From an uncultured Bacteroidales bacterium (GTDB taxonomy: Bacteria; Bacteroidota; Bacteroidia; Bacteroidales; UBA10428), in NCBI GenBank assembly GCA_964615995.1, contig CAZTSR010000006.1, forward strand, positions 81,236 to 145,235: 64,000 nt of DNA, read 5' to 3'. The translations under genes and the position numbers were made by a program. The notes under the pieces were generated by a model. That model was not told where the DNA came from, did no database searches, and saw nothing but the letters and a program-made list of their open reading frames with translations. Below are positions 47,856 through 57,867 of this stretch, one piece after another. Numbering within the stretch: the stretch's first letter is position 1; each line of letters opens with the position of its first letter.

Positions 47856-48406
47856 ACTAACTTAATCTTATACGCCACATCCACCTTGCATTTGGTGATG
47901 TCGTTCAGTTTTCCTTTTAACAATTTCCTGCGAAGGGGATTAATTTTATCGATGAACATGATGCCGTCCAGATGGTCATATTCATGCTGGATGACGCGTG
48001 CCCTTAAACCCTCAAACTCCTCTTCATAATAATTCCAGTCTTCGTCATAGTATTTCACTTTCACCCGGTTATTACGTGACACATCTTCCCGGATTTTCGG
48101 CAGGCTTAAGCATCCTTCATTCATTACCACGGCTTCCTCACCCAGAGTTTCGAGATGCACGTTGATGAAAGCTTTTTTGAAGTCGGCTAACGTAGGATCC
48201 TCATCATCAAGCGTAGTAAGATCCACTACAAAAATGCGGATGGATTTACCTATTTGGGGTGCTGCCAGACCCATGCCATCCGATTTATGCATGGTATCGA
48301 ACATGTCAGAAATCAGATTTTTCAGATTCGGGTAATCTTCTTTGTTAATGTCTTTTGCTACCTGCCTCAAAATGGGCGAACCATATACTACAATCGGGTA
48401 AATCAT
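47849..48406 (-). CDS. def: Peptide deformylase
   Basis: 185 aa. GMGLAAPQIG, EGCLS, and QHEYDHLDG motifs. Confidence 0.95.
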   Translation of the reverse strand: MIYPIVVYGSPILRQVAKDINKEDYPNLKNLISDMFDTMHKSDGMGLAAPQIGKSIRIFVVDLTTLDDEDPTLADFKKAFINVHLETLGEEAVVMNEGCLSLPKIREDVSRNNRVKVKYYDEDWNYYEEEFEGLRARVIQHEYDHLDGIMFIDKINPLRRKLLKGKLNDITKCKVDVAYKIKLVK

Positions 48407-48430
48407 GCTTTGAAATTCTGTTTAAAATAA

Positions 48431-48859
48431 TTAAAAGCCTCCGGGGCTGTTTTTTTGTTCCATAAAAGACTGAAGAATAATGGTGGCACTAATGGAATCA
48501 ATCAACGCCTTGTTCTGTCGGTCCTTTTTTTTCACACCTCCGGCAATCATGGTTTGTACAGCCATTTTTGAGGTGAACCGCTCATCCACCAAATGAACCG
48601 CCTTTCCGGGAAATGTCTTTTTAAGCAGGCCGATAAAAGGATTGATGTACCTGATTGATTCTGATGGTTCATTGTTCATCTGGCGCGGATATCCCACCAC
48701 AAAAGCATCAACAGGTTCTGTTGACACATACTTTTTCAGAAATTCAATCACCTCAGAGGAACTTATGGTAATCAGACTATTGGCAATGATCTGCAGGGGA
48801 TCTGTAACAGCAATTCCGGTGCGTTTTCTGCCATAATCAAGTGCTACAATTCTTCCCAA
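48431..48859 (-). CDS. ruvX: YqgF/RuvX putative pre-16S rRNA nuclease
   Basis: (L/M)GRIVALDYGRKRTGIAVTD N-terminus. I prefer the TTG start at 48859, giving 142 aa. The extended ORF to 48973 runs through the nifJ terminator. Confidence 0.8.
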   Translation of the reverse strand: MGRIVALDYGRKRTGIAVTDPLQIIANSLITISSSEVIEFLKKYVSTEPVDAFVVGYPRQMNNEPSESIRYINPFIGLLKKTFPGKAVHLVDERFTSKMAVQTMIAGGVKKKDRQNKALIDSISATIILQSFMEQKNSPGGF

Positions 48860-48950
48860 TCTTTTTTTTGCAAAGGTACAAAAAATCAAATAATTGATAC
48901 AAATCCTTTTAATGATTGCCTTTTCGACGATTTTGAAAACAAAGGGCATA

Positions 48951-48980
48951 AAAAAAGGCGTGAATTGCTTCACGCCTTTT
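48951..48980 (-). terminator. Rho-independent terminator downstream of nifJ
   Basis: Minus strand: GGCGTGAA-gcaa-TTCACGCC followed by TTTTTT. Confidence 0.75.
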
Positions 48981-48999
48981 ATATGATCATATGAATGAT

Positions 49000-51900
49000 T
49001 TACTTATTCATCAATGAGTAATCCATAGCAGCTCTCATTCTATAGCCGTTGTAACGCCATTTGGCATTTTCTTCGGCAGCCTTGAACAGTTCATCGGCTT
49101 CTTTGGGGAATGCTTTCTTCAGGGAAGTATAGCGTACTTCGCTGTTCAGGAAATCCTGGAATTTACTCCAGTCAGGCTCTTTTGAATCGATTTCAAAAGG
49201 ATTCTTTCCTTCAGCCTCGAGCATCGGGTTGAATCTCCACAGATGCCAGTAGCCGCATTCAACAGCAAGTTTCTGTTCTTCCTGTGATTTATGCATACCA
49301 CTGCGTAAACCGTGGTTAATACAGGGAGCGTAAGCAATGATCAGAGAAGGTCCGGGATAAGCTTCAGCTTCGCGGATTGCTTTCAGATACTGGTTCTGAC
49401 TGGCGCCCATAGCAACCTGAGCTACATAAACGTAACCATAAGTCATGGCCATTGCGCCGAGGTCTTTCTTACGTACCCGTTTACCGGCAGCTGCAAATTT
49501 TGCAACAGCGCCAATAGGGGTGGATTTGGAAGCCTGGCCTCCGGTATTTGAGTATACTTCGGTATCCTGAACCAGAACGTTGATATCCTGACCTGAAGCC
49601 AAAACATGGTCGAGTCCGCCGTAACCGATATCATAAGCCCAACCGTCACCACCGAAGATCCAGATGGACTTTTTAATCAGGTATTGCTGCAGATCGAGAA
49701 TTTCCTTAGCCAAAGGATTTTTTTCTTTGGACAGGACTTCAACCACCTTAGCTGAAGCAACTTTGGAAGCCTGTGCATCGTCTTTTGCATTCAACCATCC
49801 CTGGAATGCTTCAATGGTCTGTGCGGACAAACCCGGGTTGGATTCAATGGCGCCCTTCATCAAACGTTCGATGCGGCTTCTCATCTTGTCGGCACCAACG
49901 GCCATACCAAGACCATATTCTGCATTGTCCTCGAAAAGTGAATTTGCCCAGGCAGGACCCTTGCCTTCTTTATTGGCCGTATAAGGAGTTGAGGGTGCTG
50001 AACCGCCATAGATTGAAGTACAACCGGTAGCGTTCGCAACCATCATCCGGTCACCGAACAATTGGGTAATCAGTTTAATATAAGGAGTTTCGCCGCAACC
50101 ACCGCATGCGCCGGAGAACTGGAATAGCGGAAGAGCAAACTGACTGTTTTTAACAGATTTGTCAATTTCAACAAGGTTGGCCTTGTTAGAAACCTTTTCA
50201 TACATATAATCGAAGCGTTCGATTTCAGCTGACTGGGTACCGAGGGGTTTCAAAACAATAGCCCTGCCTTTTGCGGGGCAGGTTTCGGTACAAACACCGC
50301 AACCGGTACAATCGAGTGGGCTTACCTGAACACGGAACTGGAGACCTTCGAAACCTTTTCCATTGGCTTTGATGGTAGTAGTTCCGGCAGGAGCATTCTT
50401 CAGTTCTTCTTCATTCAGCAGGAACGGCCTGATAGCAGCATGAGGACAAACGAAAGAACACTGGTTGCACTGGATACATTTCGTGGAATCCCATTCAGGA
50501 ACATTGACAGCAATGCCTCGTTTTTCATAAACGGTTAAACCGGCAGGGAATGTACCATCTTCGCGCCCTTTGAAAGCGCTGACTTTAAGATCATCACCAA
50601 CCAATGCATTCATAGGCTCTGCAACATTTTTTACAAAATCGGGAATGCTGCGGGTATCCATTTTAGGTTTGATTTCGATTTTAGCCCATTCTTTGGGAAC
50701 ATCAACCTTGATCACATGGCTGCCACGCTCAATAGAAGCAATGTTCATGTTTACGATGTCTTCACCCTTGCGACTGAATGATTTGATGACAAATTTCTTC
50801 ATCTGAGCCATGGCATCTTCGAAAGGAATTACATTGGCAATTTTGAAGAATGCGGATTGCATAATGGTATTGGTACGGTTGCCCAGACCAATTTCTTCAG
50901 CAATTTTTGTGGCATTGATGATATAGAAATTCACTTCCTGTTCGGCAAGCGTTTTCTTGAGTGAATCGGGAAGCTGTTTTTTTGTTTCTTCAACATCCCA
51001 GATGCTGTTGAGTAGGAAGGTACCATTTTTCTTAATACCTCTGAGCATATCATATTTACTGATGTATGAAGGGACATGACATGCTACAAAATCAGGTGTG
51101 CAAACCAGGTAAGGTGAAAGAATTGGTGCATCACCAAAACGCAGGTGTGAAGTGGTAACGCCTCCAGATTTCTTTGAATCGTATGCAAAATATGCCTGAG
51201 CATATTTGTCTGTGGAATCACCGATAATTTTGATGGAGTTCTTATTGGCCCCTACTGTTCCATCAGAACCAAGTCCATAAAATTTGGCTTCGAAAGTGCC
51301 TTTTTTCGAAATGCTGATTTCAGGTTTTATAGGCAGTGAAAGATGGGTAACATCATCATCAATACCAACTGTAAAATGCATTTTGGGCTGATTCGATTCC
51401 ATGTTCTCGAATACAGTAACAATCTGTACCGGTGTAACATCTTTTGAACTCAGACCACAACGGCCTCCAAAGATAACCGGAGCATTGGGCCTGTTATAAA
51501 ATACATCTTTAACATCCAGGTAGAGCGGATCGCCATTGGCACCGGGTTCTTTGGTCTTTTCCAGAACGGTAATTTTCTTAACGGTTTTGGGAATGACCTT
51601 CAGCATATATTCAGCTGAGAAAGGACGGTAAAGGTGAACAACTACCACACCCAGTTTGGAACCTTTTGAATTCAGGTAATCCACAACTTCGCGAATGGTT
51701 TCGGTAACAGAGCCCATGGCAATGATGATATTTTCAGCATCAGCAGCACCATAGTATTTGAAAGGAGCATATTCGCGACCGGTGATTTTAGCCAGTTCCT
51801 TCATATAATCGTTAACCATATCGGGAACAGCATCATAGAACGGATTGGCAGCTTCTCTTGTTTGGAAGTAAATATCGGGGTTCTGTGCAGTACCACGCTG

Positions 51901-52548
51901 AACCGGGTGGTCGGGATTTAAAGCCCGGTCTCTGAATTCCTGTAAAGCTTTATAATCAATTAGCTTAGCCACTTCATCCATAGGCAAAGCTTCAACTTTC
52001 TGGATTTCGTGTGAAGTTCTGAAACCATCAAAGAAATGGAGGAAAGGAACCCTCGATTTGATGGCTGTAAGATGTGCAACGGCTGCAATATCCATAATTT
52101 CCTGAACGCTGCTGGTTGCAAGCATGGCGAAACCAGTATGTCTTGTGCTCATTACATCGCTGTGGTCACCGAAAATGGAAAGTGCCTGAGCGGCAAGTGC
52201 ACGTGCTGAAACATGGAATACGCCCGGTAACAATTCACCGGAGATCTTATACATATTGGGAATCATCAGCAATAGACCCTGGGAAGCTGTAAATGTCGTA
52301 GACAATGAGCCAGCCTGAAGGGAACCATGAAATGCACCAGCAGCACCGGCTTCCGATTGCATCTCAACTACCCTGACCTCTTCACCAAAAATATTTTTCC
52401 TTCCACCAGCTGCCCATTCATCAACATATTCCGCCATGGTGGACGAGGGGGTAATAGGGTAAATAGCCGCAACTTCACTGAACATATAGGCTACGTGTGC
52501 AGCAGCATAATTACCATCACAAGTTACAAAATTTTTCTTTGTGGTCAT
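49000..52548 (-). CDS. nifJ: Pyruvate:ferredoxin (flavodoxin) oxidoreductase
   Basis: 1182 aa single-chain PFOR. Two 4Fe-4S ferredoxin motifs (CIQCNQCSFVCPH, CTGCGVCTETCP) and a GDGWAYDIG ThDP motif. Confidence 0.95.
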   Translation of the reverse strand: MTTKKNFVTCDGNYAAAHVAYMFSEVAAIYPITPSSTMAEYVDEWAAGGRKNIFGEEVRVVEMQSEAGAAGAFHGSLQAGSLSTTFTASQGLLLMIPNMYKISGELLPGVFHVSARALAAQALSIFGDHSDVMSTRHTGFAMLATSSVQEIMDIAAVAHLTAIKSRVPFLHFFDGFRTSHEIQKVEALPMDEVAKLIDYKALQEFRDRALNPDHPVQRGTAQNPDIYFQTREAANPFYDAVPDMVNDYMKELAKITGREYAPFKYYGAADAENIIIAMGSVTETIREVVDYLNSKGSKLGVVVVHLYRPFSAEYMLKVIPKTVKKITVLEKTKEPGANGDPLYLDVKDVFYNRPNAPVIFGGRCGLSSKDVTPVQIVTVFENMESNQPKMHFTVGIDDDVTHLSLPIKPEISISKKGTFEAKFYGLGSDGTVGANKNSIKIIGDSTDKYAQAYFAYDSKKSGGVTTSHLRFGDAPILSPYLVCTPDFVACHVPSYISKYDMLRGIKKNGTFLLNSIWDVEETKKQLPDSLKKTLAEQEVNFYIINATKIAEEIGLGNRTNTIMQSAFFKIANVIPFEDAMAQMKKFVIKSFSRKGEDIVNMNIASIERGSHVIKVDVPKEWAKIEIKPKMDTRSIPDFVKNVAEPMNALVGDDLKVSAFKGREDGTFPAGLTVYEKRGIAVNVPEWDSTKCIQCNQCSFVCPHAAIRPFLLNEEELKNAPAGTTTIKANGKGFEGLQFRVQVSPLDCTGCGVCTETCPAKGRAIVLKPLGTQSAEIERFDYMYEKVSNKANLVEIDKSVKNSQFALPLFQFSGACGGCGETPYIKLITQLFGDRMMVANATGCTSIYGGSAPSTPYTANKEGKGPAWANSLFEDNAEYGLGMAVGADKMRSRIERLMKGAIESNPGLSAQTIEAFQGWLNAKDDAQASKVASAKVVEVLSKEKNPLAKEILDLQQYLIKKSIWIFGGDGWAYDIGYGGLDHVLASGQDINVLVQDTEVYSNTGGQASKSTPIGAVAKFAAAGKRVRKKDLGAMAMTYGYVYVAQVAMGASQNQYLKAIREAEAYPGPSLIIAYAPCINHGLRSGMHKSQEEQKLAVECGYWHLWRFNPMLEAEGKNPFEIDSKEPDWSKFQDFLNSEVRYTSLKKAFPKEADELFKAAEENAKWRYNGYRMRAAMDYSLMNK

Positions 52549-52598
52549 CTTAACTCGCTTATTATTAGTATGTTATAGTATAAATGAAAAAGAAAGTA

Positions 52599-52606
52599 CA
52601 AAAATA
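52599..52606 (-). promoter_or_regulatory. Candidate -7 box TATTTTTG upstream of nifJ
   Basis: Exact TAnnTTTG match on the minus strand, about 50 nt upstream of the nifJ ATG. Confidence 0.35.
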
Positions 52607-52741
52607 CAACAAATTGCCTTATTAATGTTATTTTATTAACAGTAATACTGTAATTCATTTTGATTTTAAATAATTCAGGTAGGGTAAAAGAGCATATACG
52701 GCAAAAAAACGCAGAAGGTTTTCAAATTAGCAGGATAAAAT

Positions 52742-52778
52742 AAAAAACCACCGGATGCAGGTGCGCAAGCCGGTGGTT
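52742..52778 (-). terminator. Rho-independent terminator downstream of rho
   Basis: Minus strand: AACCACCGG-cttgcgcacctgcat-CCGGTGGTT followed by TTTTT. Confidence 0.7.
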
Positions 52779-52796
52779 TATATTTCAAGATGTCAG

Positions 52797-54650
52797 CTAT
52801 TCGCCGTTCATGGAAATCAGGAATTCTTCGTTTGATTCCGTTTTTGCAAGGCGTTCTCTGAGGAATTCCATGGCTTCAATTGAATTCATATCGGTAAGGT
52901 ATTTACGCAATACCCATATTTTATTCAGGAAATTCTTATCAAGCAACAGGTCCTCACGGCGTGTACTTGATGCAGTAATGTCGATAGACGGATAGATCCT
53001 GCGGTTCGACAGTTTACGGTCGAGTTGCAGCTCCATATTACCGGTACCCTTGAATTCTTCAAAGATGACATCGTCCATTTTAGAACCGGTATCTGTTAAT
53101 GCCGTGGCAATGATGGTGAGTGAACCGCCATTTTCAATATTTCTGGCAGCGCCAAAGAACCGCTTGGGTTTCTGAAGTGCATTGGAATCAACACCGCCGG
53201 AGAGTACCTTGCCGGATGCCGGTGCAATGGTATTAAAGGCTCGTGCAAGGCGGGTAATGGAATCAAGAAGAATCACAACGTCATGTCCGCATTCAACCAG
53301 TCGTTTTGCTTTTTCAATCACAATATTGGCCACGCGTACATGTCGTTCAGCAGGTTCGTCAAAAGTAGAGGAAACTACTTCGCCTCTTACATTGCGGGCC
53401 ATTTCTGTTACTTCTTCAGGACGCTCATCAATCAGCAGAATGATCAGGTATACTTCCGGATGGTTTTCTGCAATGGCATTTGCGATATCCTGCAAAAGGA
53501 TTGTCTTACCAGTCTTGGGCTGGGCAACAATCAAACCACGCTGACCTTTTCCGATAGGAGAAAACATATCCACTACACGTGCAGAAAGGTTGGTTTTTAC
53601 GCCGGGCTTCACCAGGGTGAACTTTTCATTCGGGAACAAAGGAGTGAGGTAATCGAAAGGTACCCGGTCGCGTATGTATTCCGGATTCCTTCCGTTTATT
53701 TCAATCACCTTGATCAGCGGAAAATACTTTTCACCTTCTTTGGGAGGACGTATGGTTCCGGTAACTGTATCCCCGGTTTTTAATCCGAAAAGCTTGATTT
53801 GCGATTGGGAAACGTAAATATCATCCGGAGAATTCAGGTAATTATAATCTGAAGAGCGCAGGAAACCATAACCATCCGGCATAATCTCAAGAACACCCTG
53901 GCAAGTGATGATGCCATCGAATTCTGTAGGCTTATCCTGAGGTTTCTTCTCAAATCTTACAGGGGGTTCATATTTTGGCCTTACTTCAGGCTGAACAGGA
54001 GCTGGTGTTGAAGCAGTAACTTCGGTTTCTCCTTCAACTTCAGAAACAACTTGCTCGTCCATTTCGATTTCCGGAGGTACCAGTTCTTCAAATTCAGGAT
54101 GGGGTGCTTCGCTGTTGCTGCCGAAACGTTCGGTCTTTTCATGAAAGTCCTCCCTGGGCCGGTTATCTCTGTCTCCAAAACGCTTAAATTCTTTTCGTTT
54201 TCTAAAGTCGTTCTGACGTTTATTATCAAAAGGTCTTGTAAAAAAGTTTCCTTTGGAACGCTCCTGATTTGCAGGAGTCTGTACCGGATTTTCCGGTTTT
54301 ATTTCGTTTTCCACTGGCGCCTCAGCAGGCGCTTCCGTGGGCGGCTGTGGTGAAGGCAAAACTTCAGCTTTCAATTCAGCATGAGCTTCACTGACATTTT
54401 CTTCGCGGTCGTTTTCCCTGCGTGGTCTTCTACCCCTGCGCTTCTGATCGTTGTGGTAATTATTGTTATTTCCCGAATCAAGCCTGACTTCCGGCCGTTT
54501 ACTATCCGTAGCCAGAATGGCTTGTTGATCCAGGATTTTATAAATTAAATCTTGTTTTCGGAGTAAATCGGCTTTTTTTACATTTAACTGCTTGGCAATG
54601 TCTTTTAATTCAGGCAAAAGCTTTTTATTAAGCTCTAAAATATCATACAT
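52797..54650 (-). CDS. rho: Transcription termination factor Rho with a long low-complexity N-terminal insertion
   Basis: 617 aa. N-terminal [14 protein letters not shown] (Rho_N), then about 190 aa rich in R/E/P/N/K, then the cold-shock-like RNA-binding domain and the ATPase domain ([15 protein letters not shown]). Confidence 0.95.
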   Translation of the reverse strand: MYDILELNKKLLPELKDIAKQLNVKKADLLRKQDLIYKILDQQAILATDSKRPEVRLDSGNNNNYHNDQKRRGRRPRRENDREENVSEAHAELKAEVLPSPQPPTEAPAEAPVENEIKPENPVQTPANQERSKGNFFTRPFDNKRQNDFRKRKEFKRFGDRDNRPREDFHEKTERFGSNSEAPHPEFEELVPPEIEMDEQVVSEVEGETEVTASTPAPVQPEVRPKYEPPVRFEKKPQDKPTEFDGIITCQGVLEIMPDGYGFLRSSDYNYLNSPDDIYVSQSQIKLFGLKTGDTVTGTIRPPKEGEKYFPLIKVIEINGRNPEYIRDRVPFDYLTPLFPNEKFTLVKPGVKTNLSARVVDMFSPIGKGQRGLIVAQPKTGKTILLQDIANAIAENHPEVYLIILLIDERPEEVTEMARNVRGEVVSSTFDEPAERHVRVANIVIEKAKRLVECGHDVVILLDSITRLARAFNTIAPASGKVLSGGVDSNALQKPKRFFGAARNIENGGSLTIIATALTDTGSKMDDVIFEEFKGTGNMELQLDRKLSNRRIYPSIDITASSTRREDLLLDKNFLNKIWVLRKYLTDMNSIEAMEFLRERLAKTESNEEFLISMNGE

Positions 54651-55000
54651 AAAATTGTGAAGATTTATTTAAAGAATTTATTATAGGCATTAAACTAACT
54701 ACTTACGCTATCTGTTCAATGGAATTTGAGAAAAAAGGATTTTTAAAAGAATAGAATAGAATCGAAGGAATTCTGATGCAATTATACTGAATTCATAACA
54801 AATCGCAAAAGAAAAGATAATTTTTTTTATTGTTCCATCCATTAAAAAAATTACTATTTTTAACTTGTGTAAGTTCCGGATTCGGTAAATGTTCTGTGTG
54901 TCAAGCCTGTCATTCCTACCTGTAGCCACAAAACAATCCGCTAAAGGATATTATAAGGATTTGTGCTTGTTATTTGTTTCTATTACCTAATAAACTGGCC

Positions 55001-55864
55001 ATGAGACAACTTAAAATTGTCAAACAGGTAACCAACCGAGAAACCCCTTCATTGGATAAATACCTCCATGAAATTGGGAAGGTCGATTTGCTTACCAGCG
55101 AACAGGAGGTTGAGTTGGCTGCAAAAATCCGCAAAGGCGATCCTAAAGCGCTTGAAAAACTCATCAAAGCAAACCTGCGTTTTGTAGTATCTGTCTCCAA
55201 ACAATATCAAAATCAGGGACTCAGCCTGCCCGACCTCATCAACGAAGGAAATGTCGGACTGATTAAGGCCGCCCAACGGTTTGATGAAACACGCGGATTC
55301 AAGTTTATTTCCTATGCTGTATGGTGGATCAGACAATCGATATTACAGGCCCTGGCGGAACAGGCACGAATCGTAAGATTACCGTTAAATAAAATCGGCT
55401 CTATCAACAGAATTAATAAAGCTTTTGCTGAACTGGAGCAAATGTTTGAACGCGAGCCCTCTGTTCAGGAAATTGCCGAAGTGCTTGAGATGGCTTCAGA
55501 CGACGTAAAGGAGGCCATGAAAAGTGCCGGCCGGCATATATCCATGGATGCCCCCATTAAAGAAGATGAAGACAGCACATTATATGACGTCCTGCTCAGC
55601 AAGGATGCCATCAGTCCGGATAAAGGCCTCCTCAACGAATCGCTGCGCCGCGAAATTGAAAGGGTGCTTTCCATACTTACTCCGCGGGAAGCAAATATAT
55701 TGAAACTCTATTTCGGCTTAAATACCAAATATCAGTACACCCTTGAAGAAATAGGCCAGGAATTTAACCTCACCCGTGAAAGGGTGCGGCAGATTAAAGA
55801 AAAAGCCATCAAACGGTTGAAAAATGCAACCCGCTGTAAGATGCTTAAAACCTACCTTGGATAA
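55001..55864 (+). CDS. rpoD: Primary sigma factor (Bacteroidota sigma-A, lacking region 1.1)
   Basis: [14 protein letters not shown] start, [18 protein letters not shown] (region 2), and [20 protein letters not shown] (region 4.2). The ORF track start at 54974 is TTG. Confidence 0.9.
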   Translation: MRQLKIVKQVTNRETPSLDKYLHEIGKVDLLTSEQEVELAAKIRKGDPKALEKLIKANLRFVVSVSKQYQNQGLSLPDLINEGNVGLIKAAQRFDETRGFKFISYAVWWIRQSILQALAEQARIVRLPLNKIGSINRINKAFAELEQMFEREPSVQEIAEVLEMASDDVKEAMKSAGRHISMDAPIKEDEDSTLYDVLLSKDAISPDKGLLNESLRREIERVLSILTPREANILKLYFGLNTKYQYTLEEIGQEFNLTRERVRQIKEKAIKRLKNATRCKMLKTYLG

Positions 55865-55906
55865 TAAAATTACGGACGGTAGTTTGTGAACCCATTGGAA
55901 AGTTTT

Positions 55907-55914
55907 TACTTTTG
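55907..55914 (+). promoter_or_regulatory. Candidate -7 box TACTTTTG upstream of rpe
   Basis: Exact TAnnTTTG match 20 nt upstream of the rpe ATG. Confidence 0.45.
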
Positions 55915-55934
55915 CGCTTATTCAATTTTAATCC

Positions 55935-56585
55935 ATGAGCCGACAAATTGCCCCATCCTTGCTTGCTGCTGACTTTTCCAACCTGCAACATGAAGTTGAA
56001 CTGATTAATAACAGTGAAGCCGATTGGCTGCATTGCGATATCATGGATGGCATTTTTGTACCCAACATTTCGTTTGGAATCCCTGTGGTAAAAGCCGTAA
56101 AGAAACATGCAAAAAAGCCGTTGGATGTACATTTGATGATTACAAACCCTGATTTTTTTGTGGAACCTTTTGCAAAAGCAGGTGCTGACAACATTACCTT
56201 TCATATGGAAACCACCAGGGATGCAGGATCGATAGTTCAGAAAATACATCATCTGGGAATCATGGCCGGAATATCCCTGAAGCCCGACACCCCTGTTGAA
56301 ACTCTCGAAAACATCATTACTTCCCTTGATCTCGTCCTGATTATGTCTGTAAATCCAGGATTTGGCGGACAGGAATTCATGCCGGCCACCTATCAGAAAA
56401 TTAAAAAATTACGGGAACTGATTGACAAAACCCATTCCAAAGCTTTAATTGAGGTTGACGGAGGTGTTGATCTGGGTAATGCCGGTTTGCTGTTCCAAAC
56501 TGGTGTCGACATCCTGGTTACCGGAACTACTGTGTTTCGTTCGGATAATCCCGCTGCCACCATTGCTGCTCTTAAAAGGGCCTGA
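55935..56585 (+). CDS. rpe: Ribulose-phosphate 3-epimerase
   Basis: 216 aa. IAPSLLAADF, HCDIMDG.FVPN, MSVNPGFGGQ, and EVDGG motifs. Confidence 0.95.
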   Translation: MSRQIAPSLLAADFSNLQHEVELINNSEADWLHCDIMDGIFVPNISFGIPVVKAVKKHAKKPLDVHLMITNPDFFVEPFAKAGADNITFHMETTRDAGSIVQKIHHLGIMAGISLKPDTPVETLENIITSLDLVLIMSVNPGFGGQEFMPATYQKIKKLRELIDKTHSKALIEVDGGVDLGNAGLLFQTGVDILVTGTTVFRSDNPAATIAALKRA

Positions 56586-56693
56586 TCGCTGAAAGACATA
56601 AAAATTTCAGGCTATTTGTAAGAGGCAGAAAATATTCTTCCTTTTTGTCCGTTAAAAATGAAAAGACAGTTATAACCAATAAATGAGCCGTTG

Positions 56694-57323
56694 ATGAGAT
56701 ATTCGACTTTTAAAATAGGTTTTGTAGCCGCGCTGCTATTTTCTGCATTTGCTCCTTTGAGTGGTCAGAACACAGGGCTGCCTGAAGTTTTAAAAAAGGA
56801 ATCCCTGCCTGAACAGTATAATTACCTCAATGAAAAGACGCGTATCTATGAAAACTACAGGGCCATCAGAGAGGATATGTACCGTGCCATCAGTAAAAAT
56901 ACACTGGATACGCTTTCACGGGACCATCGCAAGATTGCTGATCTGATGCGTCAGACACTATTGCTCAATGCCAGGATTGATTCATTAAGCAAAATGGTTT
57001 CAACCGCCCATGCAGATCTTGACCAGGCGGTTCAGACAAAGGAGAGTATCAGGTTTCTGGGCATTTCCATAAACAAAAATACATACAACACCATAATGTG
57101 GACTATTACCGGCATTCTATTACTGCTACTGGCTGTCGGATATTTTACCTTTAAACAAAACCGGTCCACCACGGTTAGCACCAAAAAAGACCTGGATGAT
57201 CTGAAATCGGAGTTTGAAGAATACCAAAAGAAAACCAGACTTGAGCGTGAAAAAACCAATATGGAACATTTTAATGAAGTCAAAAAGCTCAAGGCCAGCC
57301 TTCCGGGAAGCAGGCTTCAATAA
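56694..57323 (+). CDS. Hypothetical signal-peptide / single-TM coiled-coil protein
   Basis: N-terminal hydrophobic segment, coiled-coil-like middle, one TM (IMWTITGILLLLLAVGYF), and a charged tail. I recognise no family motif. Confidence 0.45.
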   Translation: MRYSTFKIGFVAALLFSAFAPLSGQNTGLPEVLKKESLPEQYNYLNEKTRIYENYRAIREDMYRAISKNTLDTLSRDHRKIADLMRQTLLLNARIDSLSKMVSTAHADLDQAVQTKESIRFLGISINKNTYNTIMWTITGILLLLLAVGYFTFKQNRSTTVSTKKDLDDLKSEFEEYQKKTRLEREKTNMEHFNEVKKLKASLPGSRLQ

Positions 57324-57387
57324 GCCCGCACTGAATGCCGGTTAAAAATCCTTTCTGTTCAATTATGCCATTTGAAAGGCATATAAT

Positions 57388-57418
57388 AAGCCCTTACAAA
57401 AACGTAAGGGCTTTTTTT
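57388..57418 (+). terminator. Rho-independent terminator between convergent genes
   Basis: AAGCCCTTAC-aaaaac-GTAAGGGCTT followed by TTTTT. Confidence 0.8.
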
Positions 57419-57419
57419 A

Positions 57420-57758
57420 TTAGTTTTCCTTTGCTTTAATGGCTTTTTGAGCTTGTTTGTTGGCACGTTCCCTGGCTTTTTGAGCTTGTTTCTCCATCTT
57501 CAAAGCTTTTTCAGATTCCCTGGCAATTGCGTCTGCCTTTTTTTTGGCTTCATTTGCTTCCTTCGCTTTCTTCGCATTTTCCTTATGCACCTGCTGCAAT
57601 TCATCCAATTTCTGTTGATCCTGAACACTTTGACCAGATTGAATGGTGTCAGGAACCCTTTCAGGTTCGTTGGAGCGCGATTCTTCCTGGGCATAAATGC
57701 GACCAGGTAGCACAATCAGTATGAGAAAAAGACTGAGAAAAAAACCTGCTTTTTTCAT
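57420..57758 (-). CDS. Small secreted Lys/Ala/Gln/Glu-rich helical protein
   Basis: Signal peptide MKKAGFFLSLFLILIVLPGRIYAQ, then KKAKEANEAKKKADAIARESEKALKMEKQAQKARERANKQAQKAIKAKEN. Confidence 0.5.
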   Translation of the reverse strand: MKKAGFFLSLFLILIVLPGRIYAQEESRSNEPERVPDTIQSGQSVQDQQKLDELQQVHKENAKKAKEANEAKKKADAIARESEKALKMEKQAQKARERANKQAQKAIKAKEN

Positions 57759-57867
57759 ATGGCTGTTGTCACTCATGTGAGAGTGATTTTTTCAAACAAT
57801 TCATGTGGAAAATTGTTCACAAAATCGATTGTTCTGCCCAAAAATTCATCAAAATTTCTATCAAACC

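Noticed and set aside
53283-53783. There are long antisense ORFs, such as this 166-aa ORF opposite rho. Similar ones occur at 5304-5717, 9717-10148, 34531-34998, 41444-41893, 40348-40689 and 55845-56252.
   Set aside because: Each lies entirely or mostly opposite a confidently identified conserved gene. Each has an odd composition and no motifs. Shadow ORFs like these are typical artefacts.
54651-55000. A 350-nt AT-rich divergent region between rho and rpoD was examined for an ncRNA or riboswitch.
   Set aside because: I found no convincing conserved-looking helices or known motifs by eye. It is most simply two promoters plus leaders. A covariance-model scan would be needed to say more.
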